The notes under the pieces: generated by a model
Database searches by the model: none
Seen by the model: the letters and a program-made list of their open reading frames with translations, nothing else
What the model was told of the DNA's origin: nothing
Source of the DNA: Lama guanicoe
Lineage: Eukaryota
Assembly: GCA_013239625.1 (NCBI GenBank)
Contig: MU057344.1
Location: forward strand, 994,276 to 1,058,275
Reading direction: 5' to 3'
DNA length: 64,000 bases
Shown: positions 12,935 through 25,749 of the stretch, in pieces
Layout of the letters: the number at the start of each line of letters is the position of its first letter
Position numbering within the stretch: position 1 is the stretch's first letter
Program-made: the position numbers and the translations under genes

Positions 12935-13340
12935 ACTCTCTTTGTTGCAAGGGAGAGAACCCAGCACAGGCTGGCTTAAACCCCAAAGGCAGCTGTGTCT
13001 GCAGCCCCAGGCACGTTTGGCCCTTGGCCTGGGACTGGGAGTTGGGACGTGCATCGGACCCCATGGGACTGCCCTACGTGGAGGGGAGGGGGGTGGGCAA
13101 CAGGGCAGCCTTTGGAGTCAGGACGACCTGGACACGGGGTTGGAGGTGGGCCTTACTGACCACGGGCACCCATCTCCACAGACGCGTGCTGCCCACACTG
13201 AGCTGGGCTGCTGACCGCCTCCTGCCATTTCCACCAGCCTCACATGCTTACTTCTCAGAGGGAACCCCCAAATCTGCCTGGCACCCACCCAGGCCCTTGA
13301 GCCAGAAGCGGGGGGAGGGGCAGCCCCATTGGTCCCCACG
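12935..13340. mobile_element. Possible old LTR33/MLT-like remnant
   Basis: Starts ttgttgcaagggagagaacccagcacaggctggcttaa; end point uncertain. Confidence 0.35.
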
Positions 13341-16300
13341 CTTCCTCTGGTCTTGGCAGCAGCACCAACTCTGTCTCAAATGCGTCTGGATCCACCGTGC
13401 CCACCACGTCCCCCACGGGCCCCAGCACTTCCCCCTACATGGCACTGCCCTCTGGGACTCCTGGGTCCTCCCTCGCCCTCAGATCTGTTTCCCAATAACC
13501 CCCACGGAGCCAGGCCGCTGCCCCCACTGTCCCCAGAACACAGTCCAGCCTGGCCAGGTCAGCTCCCTCTGGCCACACACGCTGCCCTGCTCCTTGGACA
13601 CGCTCCCTACTGCCTCCTTCGCCTCTTCTGTCTTGGCTGGATGGTGGCTTCCTGGCTCGTCCAGTTGGACAGCCAGCTTCTATTTGCTCTGCATGTGTGA
13701 CGTCCAGACAGGCCGGCCCGCCATCCCTGGCCACCCCATCCTCAGGTGGCCTGTGTGTGGACTGCCGGGTGGAACATTTGTGGGCTGGGTGGCGTCCAGG
13801 CCTGGCTGGAGACAGGCTGGGGAGGCAGCACGGTGGCCTGGCGGCACTTGATGAGGCCGCAAGCCTCGTGGGGATCTGGGGGTTCCGGATCAAGACATGG
13901 TGCTCAGCAGGCCCGGGAGAGGCCTTTCAGGTTTCTGTCTCCCACTGAGAACAGCGGCTCTTTAGTCTGCCGTGGGGTTTCCATCCATTCGTGCTGCATC
14001 GCTCAGGGCGCTGGGACGGTCAGTACAGGCTTCTCCACATTTGTTGAGGTTCCAGGCCCCCCATGACCACGGCCCAGCATCCCCCACCCCCGACGTCAGG
14101 GGCTTGCTTGGGCCCCACCCTGCAGTACACCCACCTGCTCCGGTGTCAGCGGCCACAGACAACCTCTCTCCCGCTGTCCCCACTGGCTGCCCTCCCTGGC
14201 CCCTCTGCTGGACATCCAACGCCTGTCCTGGGCACACCTGGCCCTTTCTCTCCTATCCCGCCCCCTCCTTGGGTGGGCACCTCACTCACCGTGGATGTCA
14301 GCACTGCGTTTACCCAGAGGAGCCCCCGCCTCCAGCTCCCTGCAGACACTCCCACACCATGGGGCCCTGGGTCCCCCAGGCCTGTTGCCACCCCTCCTGC
14401 AGCTCAGTCCCCTCTTGGTGAGGAGCATGGGCGATGGTACTGGTCTCCCAAGCCCTCTCGGTCCCTGTCCTTATGGGCGATGCCATGGTCACCAGTCGGG
14501 GTCCAGGCCACTGCCTTGCCTCTCCGCCTAGCTCGGCTCTCTGGTCCATTCCTCACACTCCATCTAGCATGCAGATTCTCACTCAGGCGCCGTCCGTGCC
14601 GGCTCCAAACTCCTGTTGACCTCCTCCCGCATCCCCGGCTGCCACCAGCCTCAGCCTCCTGGACGCCGGGCCCTCCAGCCTCTGCTCACGCAGCTGAACT
14701 GCGAGGCTGCTGCGGTGCGACGGCCCCTCATTGGCCCCTGTTTCACCCTGTCCGCCCCGCTGAAGACCTGGTCCCCAGGGGCCCAACTGCATGGGAGGAC
14801 CCCCGACGTCTGAGAACAGACTCAGCCACAGAGACGCCGCTGGGCACGCAGCGAGGCCCCGGCACTGCCACGGCAGATCCCCTCCGGGAACGGGGCGGCC
14901 GTCCTCCCGCTGGGGCTTCCTCAGGCCGAGCGGCCACTTCCAAGCGCACCAGATCCTGGCGGAGTCCACCAGCCCTGCGTCTGGGCTGTGGGGGCCTGAG
15001 GGTGCCCCCAAGGGCCAGAAATGTCCCATGTCCCCTCGTGTGCTCAAGGGGACATTGTTCTCGGGTGATCGTCTTGCCTTGGCCTCCAGGGCCCCTGGAG
15101 CTGCTCCTGGCCTGTTTCTGGGGTCCCCCAGCCAGAGCGGCCCACCAGGAGGCCCCTGTGAGCAGACGCCTGTCCTCCGCTCCCGCGAGTGACTTCTGAA
15201 GCCTTTATGTCGATTTTAATTACAACAATTACAGCTTTATCAGCAAGATAAAGGTCACTATGCTGCCTCCAGAGAGAGGAGGCCGAGCCGGCCAGGGAGA
15301 TCGGGCAGCCTGACCTCTCTGGGAGGGAAAAGCCAATTAATTATCTTTTTATAGCCGATTCAATTAGACTCCCTAATCACCTGTGTAGGACATCGAGACC
15401 AAGGCGGAGAGACCTTGCTGTGAATAAAGCCGGCGCAGGCCCCGCTGCTACCGTCAAGTGGCTGCTGTGGGCCCGGGGCCTCGCCGGTTCTAGGCCAAGT
15501 TGTTTCCTCCAGTTGCCAGAATCAAAACCCTAAAATGTTATCAGCCCTGAGGTGAGAGCCCGTCCCGTTTGTGGGTGACCAGACACCTGGCAGACGCAAT
15601 TAGCAAGGAGCTGGTTGGTTAGAAAGATGTGGGGGGACACAGGCACCTGGGCGGTCAGTGAAGCAGAGTGGTCCACACTGGGAGACGCGTGGGGCTGTGG
15701 GCCCCCGATGGGGTGCAGCATGAGGGCCGTTCAAGGCCAGGTGGGCACCCTCGGGCCCCTTCTTGAGCTGTCCAGGCCACCAGGCCAGGGCTCCATCTGG
15801 GCTGCATGCCAGCCCCTCCCTCCGTCTGCCCAGTGGGCAGACATCCTCACTGTGGCCTGGGGTCTACCCTGGAGGGTCTGCAGGCAGGAGAGGGTGTGGG
15901 GGCATCTGTACCCTGGCTCCCCCCACACCAGGCCACACAGGATGGGCCTGCTGTCCCAAGGACCCCTCACCCATCCCAGTCCTGTCCCCCTGACAGGAGT
16001 CAGGAGCTAAGTCCGGTGCCTGCAGCCCATCTGGTACCAGGAGACGGTCCAGGCTAAGAGAAGGGAGAAAGTCTGCAGCTCCCTGTCATCTGAGGCAGCA
16101 TCTGCGTCAGCAAAACCCTGCAGGTGGCTCCTAGCAGGGACGGGAGTAGATGGGCCACTGTCTCCAAGGCATGGCAGGACATCCACCCAGGGTCCTCCCT
16201 CCTGACCCCACCTGGTGCCCTCCAGACAACGCAACCTAAGATTGGGCCGTGAGCATCCTTCGCCAGGTTGGGGTTGTTTCTGTACAGAAACACAAAGCCA

Positions 16301-16737
16301 GGCTCATTTGCCGAGAAAGCAGGAAGCGAGTGCTGATTTTCCCACCTGACGGACACCCAGGTCTCCCTGCCTGGCACCTCATGCCCTGCGGCTCAGCTGC
16401 CTCTCGCCCTCAGGGGCCCAGTTCCCATCCCCCTTTCATCCAGGCCTCTGAGCAGGCGTCTCCCCTAACCTTAGCCAGACTCAGGGGCCTCTTTCATCTC
16501 CTCCTGGCTCTTCTCCACCTCCGAGGGCCCATATCTGCCTGTGCCTCTCTCCAGCATCCCTGCTGCTCACCACCACCAGCTCCTCCATCCCCAAACACAC
16601 TCTGCTTGGGCCTCCTTCCGAGCCTCCTTTGGCTGATGCTCTGAGGATTGAAGCCCGCTCCTCCTGTACAGCCCCTCCTGACTCCTATGACCTCAGTCCT
16701 TGGATGTCCTTATGATCATGTCTGCCTGCTGCATCGC

Positions 16738-16945
16738 CCTCACCACCCTCACTGACCCCAGCATACCTGTCATCATCATGACCATCATAGCCATGATCAC
16801 CACCATCATCGTCATCACCACCACCACCACCACCATCACCGCCACCACCATCACCGCCACCACCATCACCCTCGGTATCATCACTATCACCACCATCATA
16901 CTATCACCACCATCATCTTCACCATCATCACTGAAGTCACCACCA
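16738..16945. repeat. (CAC/CAT)n degenerate trinucleotide microsatellite
   Basis: caccatcatcgtcatcaccaccaccaccaccaccatcaccgccaccaccatc...; gives the poly-T/I and poly-V/M pseudo-ORFs. Confidence 0.9.
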
Positions 16946-16999
16946 GAACTGTTCTCACCTCCACAGAATGGTCACTCTGCACTCTCCAGGGGCGGGATC

Positions 17000-17110
17000 C
17001 TTTGCTAAGCTCTTCCCATGTGGTTTACACACACCTGACCCTCATCTCAGCCTAGAGGAGGAGCTGTTGTCTCCCTATTTACAGAGAAGGAAACTGAAAA
17101 CGGCCAGCTC
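17000..17110. mobile_element. MIR SINE fragment
   Basis: MIR core ccctatttacagagaaggaaactga. Confidence 0.55.
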
Positions 17111-19049
17111 TAGCCAAGGGGCTGTGCTGCTCTACAGGCACCACTGGGGTGGAATCGAGTGTGCCAGATCTTGTCTTAGAAGAGACCACAGGACTGGACC
17201 CGCACATTCCTCAGGCCCCCCCCCGCAAGAGCACCCCTTGTCCACCTCAGCCCTGTCTGTCCACGCTGCCCACACCTAGGGTGGAGATACAGGCGGAGAA
17301 TCAGCCCCAGAAACAGAAATTACCATGCAAGGAGACATAATGTCTGTAACTGCAGGCCCTCTTTCCTTCCCCTGGGTGAGTTTTAGTGTATTTTTTTATT
17401 AAGAAATTCTCAAATTCGAGAATTTCCAAAGGTGTGTCTCCTTTCTTGAACCAGGCCAGTAAGGGAACCCACGGCCCAGCCTGGACGAGGAGGGGTGGGC
17501 ACGGCGGGCATTTAGAATCTCCGGTCCCTGTGGTGGGCAGTTTGGGTCAGGGACGCCTGGCAGAGCGAGGTTCCTGGGCACATGGGCCCTGGCAGCCACA
17601 TCTGGCTGTACTCAGCAGATCCCAGCTCTGGGGCCCCTATCCTGCCCTTTCCCTCCCTTTTCCGAAGCACAGAGAGTGGATTCATCGTGACGCCATTGTT
17701 CCCATTGGCCCACGTCCTTTCCCACCACGTGTTCCTACAACCCGAGCTTTCTGTCGCTGCCGGGAACCCACCCCAGTCCCGTCTTTTCTAAAAGGAGCGG
17801 CAGGGTCCGCACACACCTAAGCTCAGCTAACAACTCCCGCTTTCGGGAAGAGGCGCACAGATGCATCCTGCCACCTCGAGGCCACGCTGCTTTTGTCAGA
17901 CCTGCCTCCCGGCGCCGAGGAACGCAAAGGGGCCTTTTCTGCTGGCAGACTGCCAAGACTGGGGACAAATTTGGGGTTCTTTCTGTGTCTGTTTCTGATG
18001 CCCCCGCCCACTCCCCACCTCCAGAAGGCCCCCTGCCAAGCTATTTGTACACAACCCGGGAGAATGAGGTTGGGCACACTGTGCACAGGTGCCAGGAACC
18101 CCGGAGAGGACTTGGCTGCGGCCACCAGCCCCGCGGGGATGAGGCGGACAGCCAGCCACACCCGCGGGCTCAGGAAGGTGCCCACTGACCCACGGTTTCC
18201 CATCTGTCCCCCAGCCCTCGGCCAGAGACTGGAAAGCAGCTGCTGGGCCCTGGGTGTCCCCTACCTGTTCACTGCTGTCTTCAGCCCGTCCTGGGTGGGA
18301 GGAATCTGGGGAGCTGGAGCCCAGCCCTGGGAGAGGCCAGAGGACGTGGGCACTGACACTGGGGCCCTCCAAGCTCCCGCGGTGACGCGTCCTTTCACTT
18401 ACTGGGAGGTGCCGTTTCTGAAGCTGCCGCTTCGACGACGTCCGTCCGTCTGTCCTTGGGCCTCTTGGATGGCCCTGGGCAGAGGCCTCAGGGGCCACGA
18501 CGTGGCCTGAACTGGGGCAGCCAGCAGCTGCTTTCCAACGTGAGGCCACCTGCAGAGGGCGGCCAGCTGGCAGAGGAATCCCGGCCTGGACGGCGCACGG
18601 GGCCTTGCTGGGGCCGCGGCGGAGGCCTGGGGCCTCCAGGAGCAGGGGCTCGCGTCTCTGGTGGGATGGAGTCAGCCTTGGGCTGGGGGTTTGTGCTTCT
18701 CTTAGCAGAAAACTCGTGTGCCCTGTTCTTCCGGAGAGAATGGAAGGAGTATTTGTGGCTGTTTCTAGGAGACCACCCGGCCAAGAAGCTCGCGGCTGGC
18801 GCGTGGGGAGCGGCCGAGGTCACGGCTCTGCCGCCGGCCTCCTCTCCTCGCTCGGGGCAGGGCTGGCACGAGGCCCTGGAGCAAGGAGGGAACCAAGCCG
18901 GCAGGCAGACTGCCTCTAAAACGCAGCGATTCCGAGGCTTCAGGAAAAGACCTGTGGGCTCGCCAGCCCGCTGCCCGAGGCTCTTCCCCCCTGGCACCTG
19001 GGGGCAGGACTGGGGGCCGTGATCGCCACTTCCCCGCGCCTGACCCTGC

Positions 19050-19220
19050 GTGCGAGCACACATGCACACCCACAGTCCCACACGTGAGTGTGCACACCAC
19101 TCATGCTCATTCGCATGTAGGGCCCAATACACAGTCTCCTATGCCCTCGTGCACATGCACACACGCGTACAGAGGCTCGCCCGGTGTGTGCGCTCACACG
19201 CACATAAACACGCCCACAAG
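19050..19220. repeat. Degenerate (CA)n low-complexity tract
   Basis: gcacacatgcacacccacag...gcacatgcacacacgcgtac; a similar tract lies at 54335-54410. Confidence 0.6.
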
Positions 19221-22200
19221 TGCAGGCCGTCAGTCCGGGGCCACCCCTCACTGGCCCCGGCACCTCCTTGTGGTGGTGCCCTGCCAGCCCCTCCTCCACG
19301 TCATCCTGGGCCAGGCCTGCACCACTGCCCCCAGGACAACAGCGATCTCCAAGCTGACCCTCCCAGGCAACTTCGGACGATGCTGTGGGTAGACGCAGCC
19401 TCCTTGACGGTGCCTGTGCCCTGGCCCCTCGCCTGGGGACCTGGATAGGTCCGGTGCCTTCCTAGCCGTCTGCCCTCAAGCCCAGCTGGAGCCACTCCGG
19501 AATCACAGGGCCGCACCCTGCACCACCAGGCCCCGGTGACCCGTGACACGCCTCAGCCAGCAGAGGCCTCTCAGCGGTGTAGGAGCCTGACCCAGCGCTG
19601 CATCCTGGGTTGTCCCTGGGACCTGCAGGCAGCAGTGTGGCCCACAGAGGCAGGCCGCAGGCTCTGTGATGGGGGGGTGATACAGGGAGGGCCCCTGGGA
19701 CGAGGCCGCAGGCAAGCAAGTGCTCAGACCACAGAAGACGGGGAGCCCCACCGATGGTACTCAGGGAGGCGGCAGAGGGGCTGACGTGGGGTCCCAGGCA
19801 CCGGGCCAGGCAGGCACTGCGCCACCTGAGGCAGGAAGCTGCCAGCAGCCAGTGGCCGACTTTGCACGTTGGTCCCATCTGAAGGAGCTGGGGAAGCAGG
19901 TGAAGTCACCATCCCTGACTGGTGGCAGACGGCCTCGACCCCCAGGGTCACAGGGGCGAGAGCCCCCTGACCCCTTGCAGGTAGGGTGTTCTTGCCATAT
20001 CTGCAGACTGCCAGGCGCTTGGCCACCTCAGGAGACTGCCCACTGTGTCCCCCTGTGGACAGGGCTCCGAGGCCATGACCAGGGTGCTGGGAGGAGACCA
20101 GGCTGGAGCTGCATTGCTGGGAGGTACATCCAGGGCACCTGCTGTGCAGTGCCCACTAAGGACAGGCCAGACCTCGGCTCCACCCGTCCGCCTCCCTTCT
20201 TCTCTCCCCATGCTGTGGTTCCCACCAGACGGCTGCCAAAGATCTGCCGTCAGGGGCTGGACAGTGCGGGTGTCTGAGGCCACAAGACACACAGAGAGGC
20301 TGGTGCGTCCTGGCTCTTATCCAGGCCCCAGACCAGGCATCCAGCCCCGGGGAAGGAGGAGATGGCGGTGGAGGGGTGTGGTTCCCAGCAGGCCCTGGGG
20401 GTCAGGCCCCTCACAGCCCTGCTCACCTGCTCCCAGACGTGCAGGGGCAGAGGGCCAGGGGTCCAGGAGAGCCTTGGGAGAAGGCACCCCTGTGGCCCCG
20501 GCTCCCAAGAGCTGTGGTCTTGGGGATCCTGTGGCCCCCTCTCCTCTGACGCTTGGTTTCAGGCAGGACCCCCCCCCCACCTCTGAGTTCACTCCCATTG
20601 TGACCTGCGGCTTTGGCACTGGAAGGAACGCGGTAGGTATCTTTTGACACTCCTCTGGGACTCTCCCTCTAGCTGGTGTGATTCCTGAACAAGGAATTTA
20701 CAGCACAAATTTTCCTTTAAAAATATGGACCCTTCATGCTATTCTGCCACAATTAAGCACAGACGATAAACATTAATGCCTGTTATCACCCCAAGAGGCG
20801 GTGAAATTTCCAGAAGTTCCCTGCTACCCGTTTTGTCACTTTTATTGGCAAGATTGGATTAGCGGCAAAGGGCACCTTGATTTTTAAAATCATCTTACAG
20901 TTGTGGGTGATTCTTCATGGATCCCAGCTGATGAATTCTCAGAACCATCGTTCAACAGTGAAAAAGAGGAGACACTCAGATCAATTGGGAACATTTCAAG
21001 GGAGGGTTTTGTGCACTAAAAAAAGGTGACCTGAGGTTCCCCTCACTGCTGTGGCTTTTTTGGGTTCCCAAATCCAGTTTACAGGGGATTGTTTGACGCC
21101 CCCGGGCTCAGCCAGCCCGACAGCGGCCCTCCAGCAATTATCCGCACCTGCATTAGGACTCAAGGGGCTTAAATTACTCGGGGGTGTGGGGCCCCCTGCA
21201 AGGCAGACACCCCACTGACAGCAATGAACATAAAAGGTCCTGCTGTCTGAAGCGGTGGGTGGGAATCACAAAAGGGTAAGGGGCTAAATATAAAGATCTT
21301 TCTGAACGTGGAGTCAGCGTGCTTTGTTACTAGAGTCTGGGCGCTACGATTTCACCAAAACAGGGCTTAGAGTCTCTGGCAACAGTCAGCGACATCGCCG
21401 CCTTCTCAACAAATAGCGAGTCGTCTACCGGGAAGTTGAAGACACGTAATCGACTGAAGTATTCCTCATCAACAAAATAATACAATACAGAGGTTTGAAT
21501 TCCATGTTACTGCCATTAGGCCTTTGGAGAGAGAAAGCATTTCTCTCCCCATCTTACTTATCTGCATAATCGGGGGCCAAGTTTTCAGAGGTTTCATTTT
21601 CTGAATTGCCCGTGGGATGGGGAAGGAAGGCTGCCGTCCACTGTCCTACAGGTTCAGAGCACCTGGCCCCAGGCGCTGAAGGCCTGCCTTGTGGGGTGGG
21701 CTGTGGGGACAGGCTGAGACCCCGAGGCGGGGGTCTTTCCGGGACCCCCTCCTTGCTGCACAGATGCAGGCTTCAGGCACCCGTGGTTCTGAAACAGTGA
21801 TGAGAGGCCATGGATACTTCGTCCAGAGAAGCCTGGGGTGCAGGGCACCGAGCGCCTGCAGCAGGACCAGGTGGCTGCCCTGCCTGCTGGGCTCTTGAGA
21901 AAAAGTTGAACTGGGTAATTGCCTTAAAATATAAGATGTCGCCTGCTCTGCTCTGATTTTAGGCCAGCCTCACGGGATGCTTCTGCTCTGAGCCTGCGTC
22001 CCTCCCCGTCTCCCTGGGCAGGCCAACTTCCAACATCCAACCTCCAGAAACCCCTAACCACTCCAGGGTTTGAACCTGAGCTCGTGCTCCAGCGGCAGGG
22101 GGCCGGATGGGAGGCCCCAGCAGCTCACCCCGACTTGCAGTAGGTCCTTACCTGCACCTGGGGCCGCACACCTGCACCCAGCACCACCTCTGGGGGCAAG

Positions 22201-22894
22201 GCCACAGGTGCCGCCTGTCAGGGCCCGCTGGACCCGACCCTGTGGCCAGGCCTCCCAGCGCGGCCTTTGTCCACCCAGGGCCTCAGCGCAGGACCCTGAG
22301 TGTGAGAGCCCAGAGGGGCCACCATCCAGGACCAGGGTGGCTGCCCAGGGCACTGCTTCCTGTTGAGGGAGTGAACCCCCCCGGACAGTGGCAGGAGGGC
22401 AGGGCAGGGCGGGAGCCACAGCTCCTAACCCCCAGCGCTCAGTACCGGCTTGCCTGCCCCTTCTGGTGGGCCGCCCCTCCCTGGGGCCCTCATTAGGTCC
22501 CAAAGCTGCGACCCCCCCCAACCCCTGCACAACCACAGCATCTCCCGCCCACCCCATTGATCTAGCAGAGCCAGCATCTTCACCACCAGCCCCTTTGCTA
22601 TCATTCACTGCCCTCGGTCCTGGCCTGGGTTAGCTGTCCTGGGCGGGGCCTGCTTCCCAAGAGGAGATGCAGGATGCAGGATGGGAGGGTGGGGATGGGG
22701 GCATGGACCAGCCTCCCCTTCGGCGGTTCATCCCACGGAGGCAGAGGGGAGGCAGAGGTGGCAGGAGGCCCAGATCCCCACCCGCCGGCTGCGCACCCAG
22801 CAGGGCCCCGTGGTGTAGGCTGATGACCAGATTTCTGACTTGGGCTCCCAAATCACTCGGCAAAGGTGGCTGGTTGATGCGAAATACCCAGTCT

Positions 22895-23265
22895 CCCCTT
22901 CTTCTCTGGTAACAGAACCTGGTCATAGCTGGAAATTGTGTTTCTTGTCTCCTTGTGGCCTGGGGTGGTTGCATAACCAATGAGGTGTGAGCGGCAGTGG
23001 GTGGAACACCCAGAGAGCTTCTCAGAAGGGAAGGCCCCTCCTTCCTGCTTCTTGCTAGCTGGAATAGGGACATGATGGCTGGCACTTGTGCAGCCCTCTT
23101 GGACCATGAGGTGATGGGCAAAAGATGGCAGAGCAGCAGAATAGGAAACAGAAGCTGGAGTTCCTGGTGATCAGGAGGGAGGTCACCCCTGCCTCTAAAC
23201 TCACGTCAGGAACAAACAGCGATGGGGCTGAGGCCATGATTGTGTTAGAAGCAGCCAAACCTCAC
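22895..23265. mobile_element. Old ERVL-class solo LTR remnant (LTR16/LTR33-like)
   Basis: Motif ctggaatagggacatgatggctggc...gcagccctcttggaccatgagg...gatggcagagcag, as recalled for these LTR families. Confidence 0.5.
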
Positions 23266-24015
23266 TGCAAGCACATAGTCCGCCTAGGAAGAAGCCAAAC
23301 TTAGCAGGCGCTCGTGTGAGCTCAGTGCCCCACTGAGTCAGCTGGGGAGAGACAGGTAACCGGGGGAGGGGGTGCCCTGCTGAGCACAGGGTGCCCGAGC
23401 GACAGGACAAAAGCTGTCCTGTGTTTGGCTGTGCTGTGTGTGGACGCCTGTGACCCTGGGCTGGAAGGGACCAACGTGGAAGCACATTTCATGGGACTCC
23501 CTCCTCCAGGGTCACTGTGCTTCAAGAGGGACAGTCAGAGATTTTCTGGCCCAAATTTATTTCAGGACTTGTACCAAATCGCCTTTCAAGCTAAAACCCT
23601 CTGCCCCGCACTCGAGAGACCTGTGGTGAGGAGATCCTGGCTGTGGCCAGAGCTGTAGGGGGATGCCCTCTGACATCCAGGGCCCCCACCCTCCACGACT
23701 GCATCCCTCCTCACACAGCCCTCGCCCAGGTGAGCGCAGAGGCAGGCGGCGACTCGGGCTGGAACCCGAGACCCCTGGACTCTCTGAAGGCTTGAAAAAG
23801 GCTCTCAGACCCTTGGCGAAGGCCTGGCCTAGGGGAGGACAAGCAAGGAAGGGCTGTGGCTGGGGGCGGGGGTGAATGTGAGGCGGACGGTCTCGAGGAC
23901 ACACAGGTTCACTCCCAGGAGCAAAGGGTCCTGCTCTGTGATCCTGTGCACGTGGGGCTTGCACTTTGTGCCTTCTCAGACAGTGGATAAGGAAAACTTA
24001 GAAGCTAAAGAAGAA

Positions 24016-24165
24016 GGGAGGGTATAGCTCAAATGGGAGAGTGCGTGCTTGGCACGCACGAGGTCCTGGGTTCAATCCCTGGGACCACCACCGAAAAAAA
24101 TAAGTGAATAAACCTAAGTACCTTCCCTCTGCAAAAATAAACAAACAAATAGGTAAAAACAAACA
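24016..24165 (+). mobile_element. tRNA-derived SINE, camelid Vic-1-like
   Basis: gggagggtatagctcaaatgggagagtgcgtgcttggcacgcacgaggtcctgggttcaatccc with A box (TAGCTCAAATGG) and B box (GGTTCAATCC), followed by an A-rich tail. Confidence 0.85.
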
Positions 24166-25749
24166 AGGGAAGATCTCTGTCCCTGGAGAGCCTGAGAATA
24201 AGCCATTTTACTTAAAAAAAAGCCTCACTCACTCCCCGCCCCCGCAGCCCCGTGCTCCCCTCCGGCGCCGCTCCATCCCGGGGTCCCAGGTCCTGCCGGC
24301 CGCACCCCAGGCCCCAGCAGCCCCGGCCCCCTCCTTCCTGCTGACCAGGAGCTGGGACACGAGGTGACCCCTCCAGGCCCCCACTTTCAACCGTGATTAT
24401 CTCAGGGTTTCTCTTACTTGGGCTAACCACAATCCTACTCACGGCAGAGCTCGAACATCAGGACAGACGGAGGACAGACGGACACAGCATGTTCGTGACC
24501 CTGAGCCGGCCCAGACCCCTGCTAACATGTCTGAGGGGTTGGGGGACGCTCTGAAGGCAGCTGTGTTGGGGAAGACTTTCAGTGGGAATGGTCCTGCGTG
24601 AACCTGTTCCCACAAAGGGAACGGTCAGTTTTAGGAGAAGCAAAAGCAGAGCTCAGCCCCCTGGCCTCTGGGCAGCGGGCCCTCTCCCTTCTCAGGTGCA
24701 CTTCTTAGGTCAGACCCTGTGGCTGGGATGGAGGGGGTGCAGCGGGGCACCGGGTCAGGGTCATGGAGGCAGATGCTGTGACGGCCTCGGTTTGTACAAG
24801 AGGAAACATGGTGGAGACTCTGGGTAGGTCCCCAGACACACCTGGGGGGGACCCAGGGCCTCTGACTCAGCGCCAGATGCAGAGAGTTGAGGGCTGGAAC
24901 TGAGTGGATCTTACAAGAGCAGAAACCTGGTCCCCTGGCTTCTCCAAAGGCAGTTTCTACGGCTCGATACCCACATCCCGCCAAGCCAAGTCCAGCCCGC
25001 CAGCCCGCCTTGGCCCACGCGGGACCCACGTTCAGGCCAGGATTCCTGCGAGCCCTCCCCTCCAGAGCGGCCCTGAAATCCCTCCGGGGAAGGCCTGGCA
25101 CCCAGGGGGCGCTTTTACGCAGAAATAGGAGCACATTCTTCGACGCAGCTAAACTTGCTGCTATAAACTGAGGTGGAAGCAGAGAGGGGGTCTCAGGCCA
25201 GGCCACCAAGGGGCCCTTGCACCACCAGGTGACCCACTGGCCCTGCCTGACCCGTGAGGGCAGGACCCGGGCCTCGGTCTGAACGCTGCCTTGTCTCAGT
25301 GAGACAGGAGCGGAGGAGTCGGGCACAGCCATTAAAAGAAGGACACAGCAACTGAGGATATGACAAAAACTGGGTAGAACCAACCAGGCCCGGAGATGGC
25401 TGAAGACTCAACCTCCAGGCGACCTTGAGCCTCACTGTCCGCTCACTGCAATGTATCAGCATGGTGAATGGCCCTCCCACAGGTGCCAAGACAGTTCCCA
25501 GGCTGACCATAAAAGGCCAAATGTGGGTGGTCCCAGTTCCTGGGAATCCCAGCCCCCAAATGGTCGGAATAAGCCTCCAGCTCGTTAGCATATGAAGTTA
25601 CCGCGCCTATAAAAACTAGCAACCCCTGCCCCGGGCCTCTCGCCTTCAGAGCCGCCTGTGCACCGTCTGAGGAGCACGTCTCCCTGAACAAATGTACCTC
25701 ACTCCCCCTGGGCTCACTCTTGAGTTCTTCTCTGCGCGAAGCCAAGGAC

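Noticed and set aside
16693-17008. Poly-Thr/Ile and poly-Val/Met ORFs
   Set aside because: These are translations of the CAC/CAT microsatellite.
24016-24090. tRNA-like sequence
   Set aside because: It has A and B boxes, but also an A-rich tail, a broken acceptor stem and dispersed degenerate copies, so it is a SINE and not a tRNA gene.
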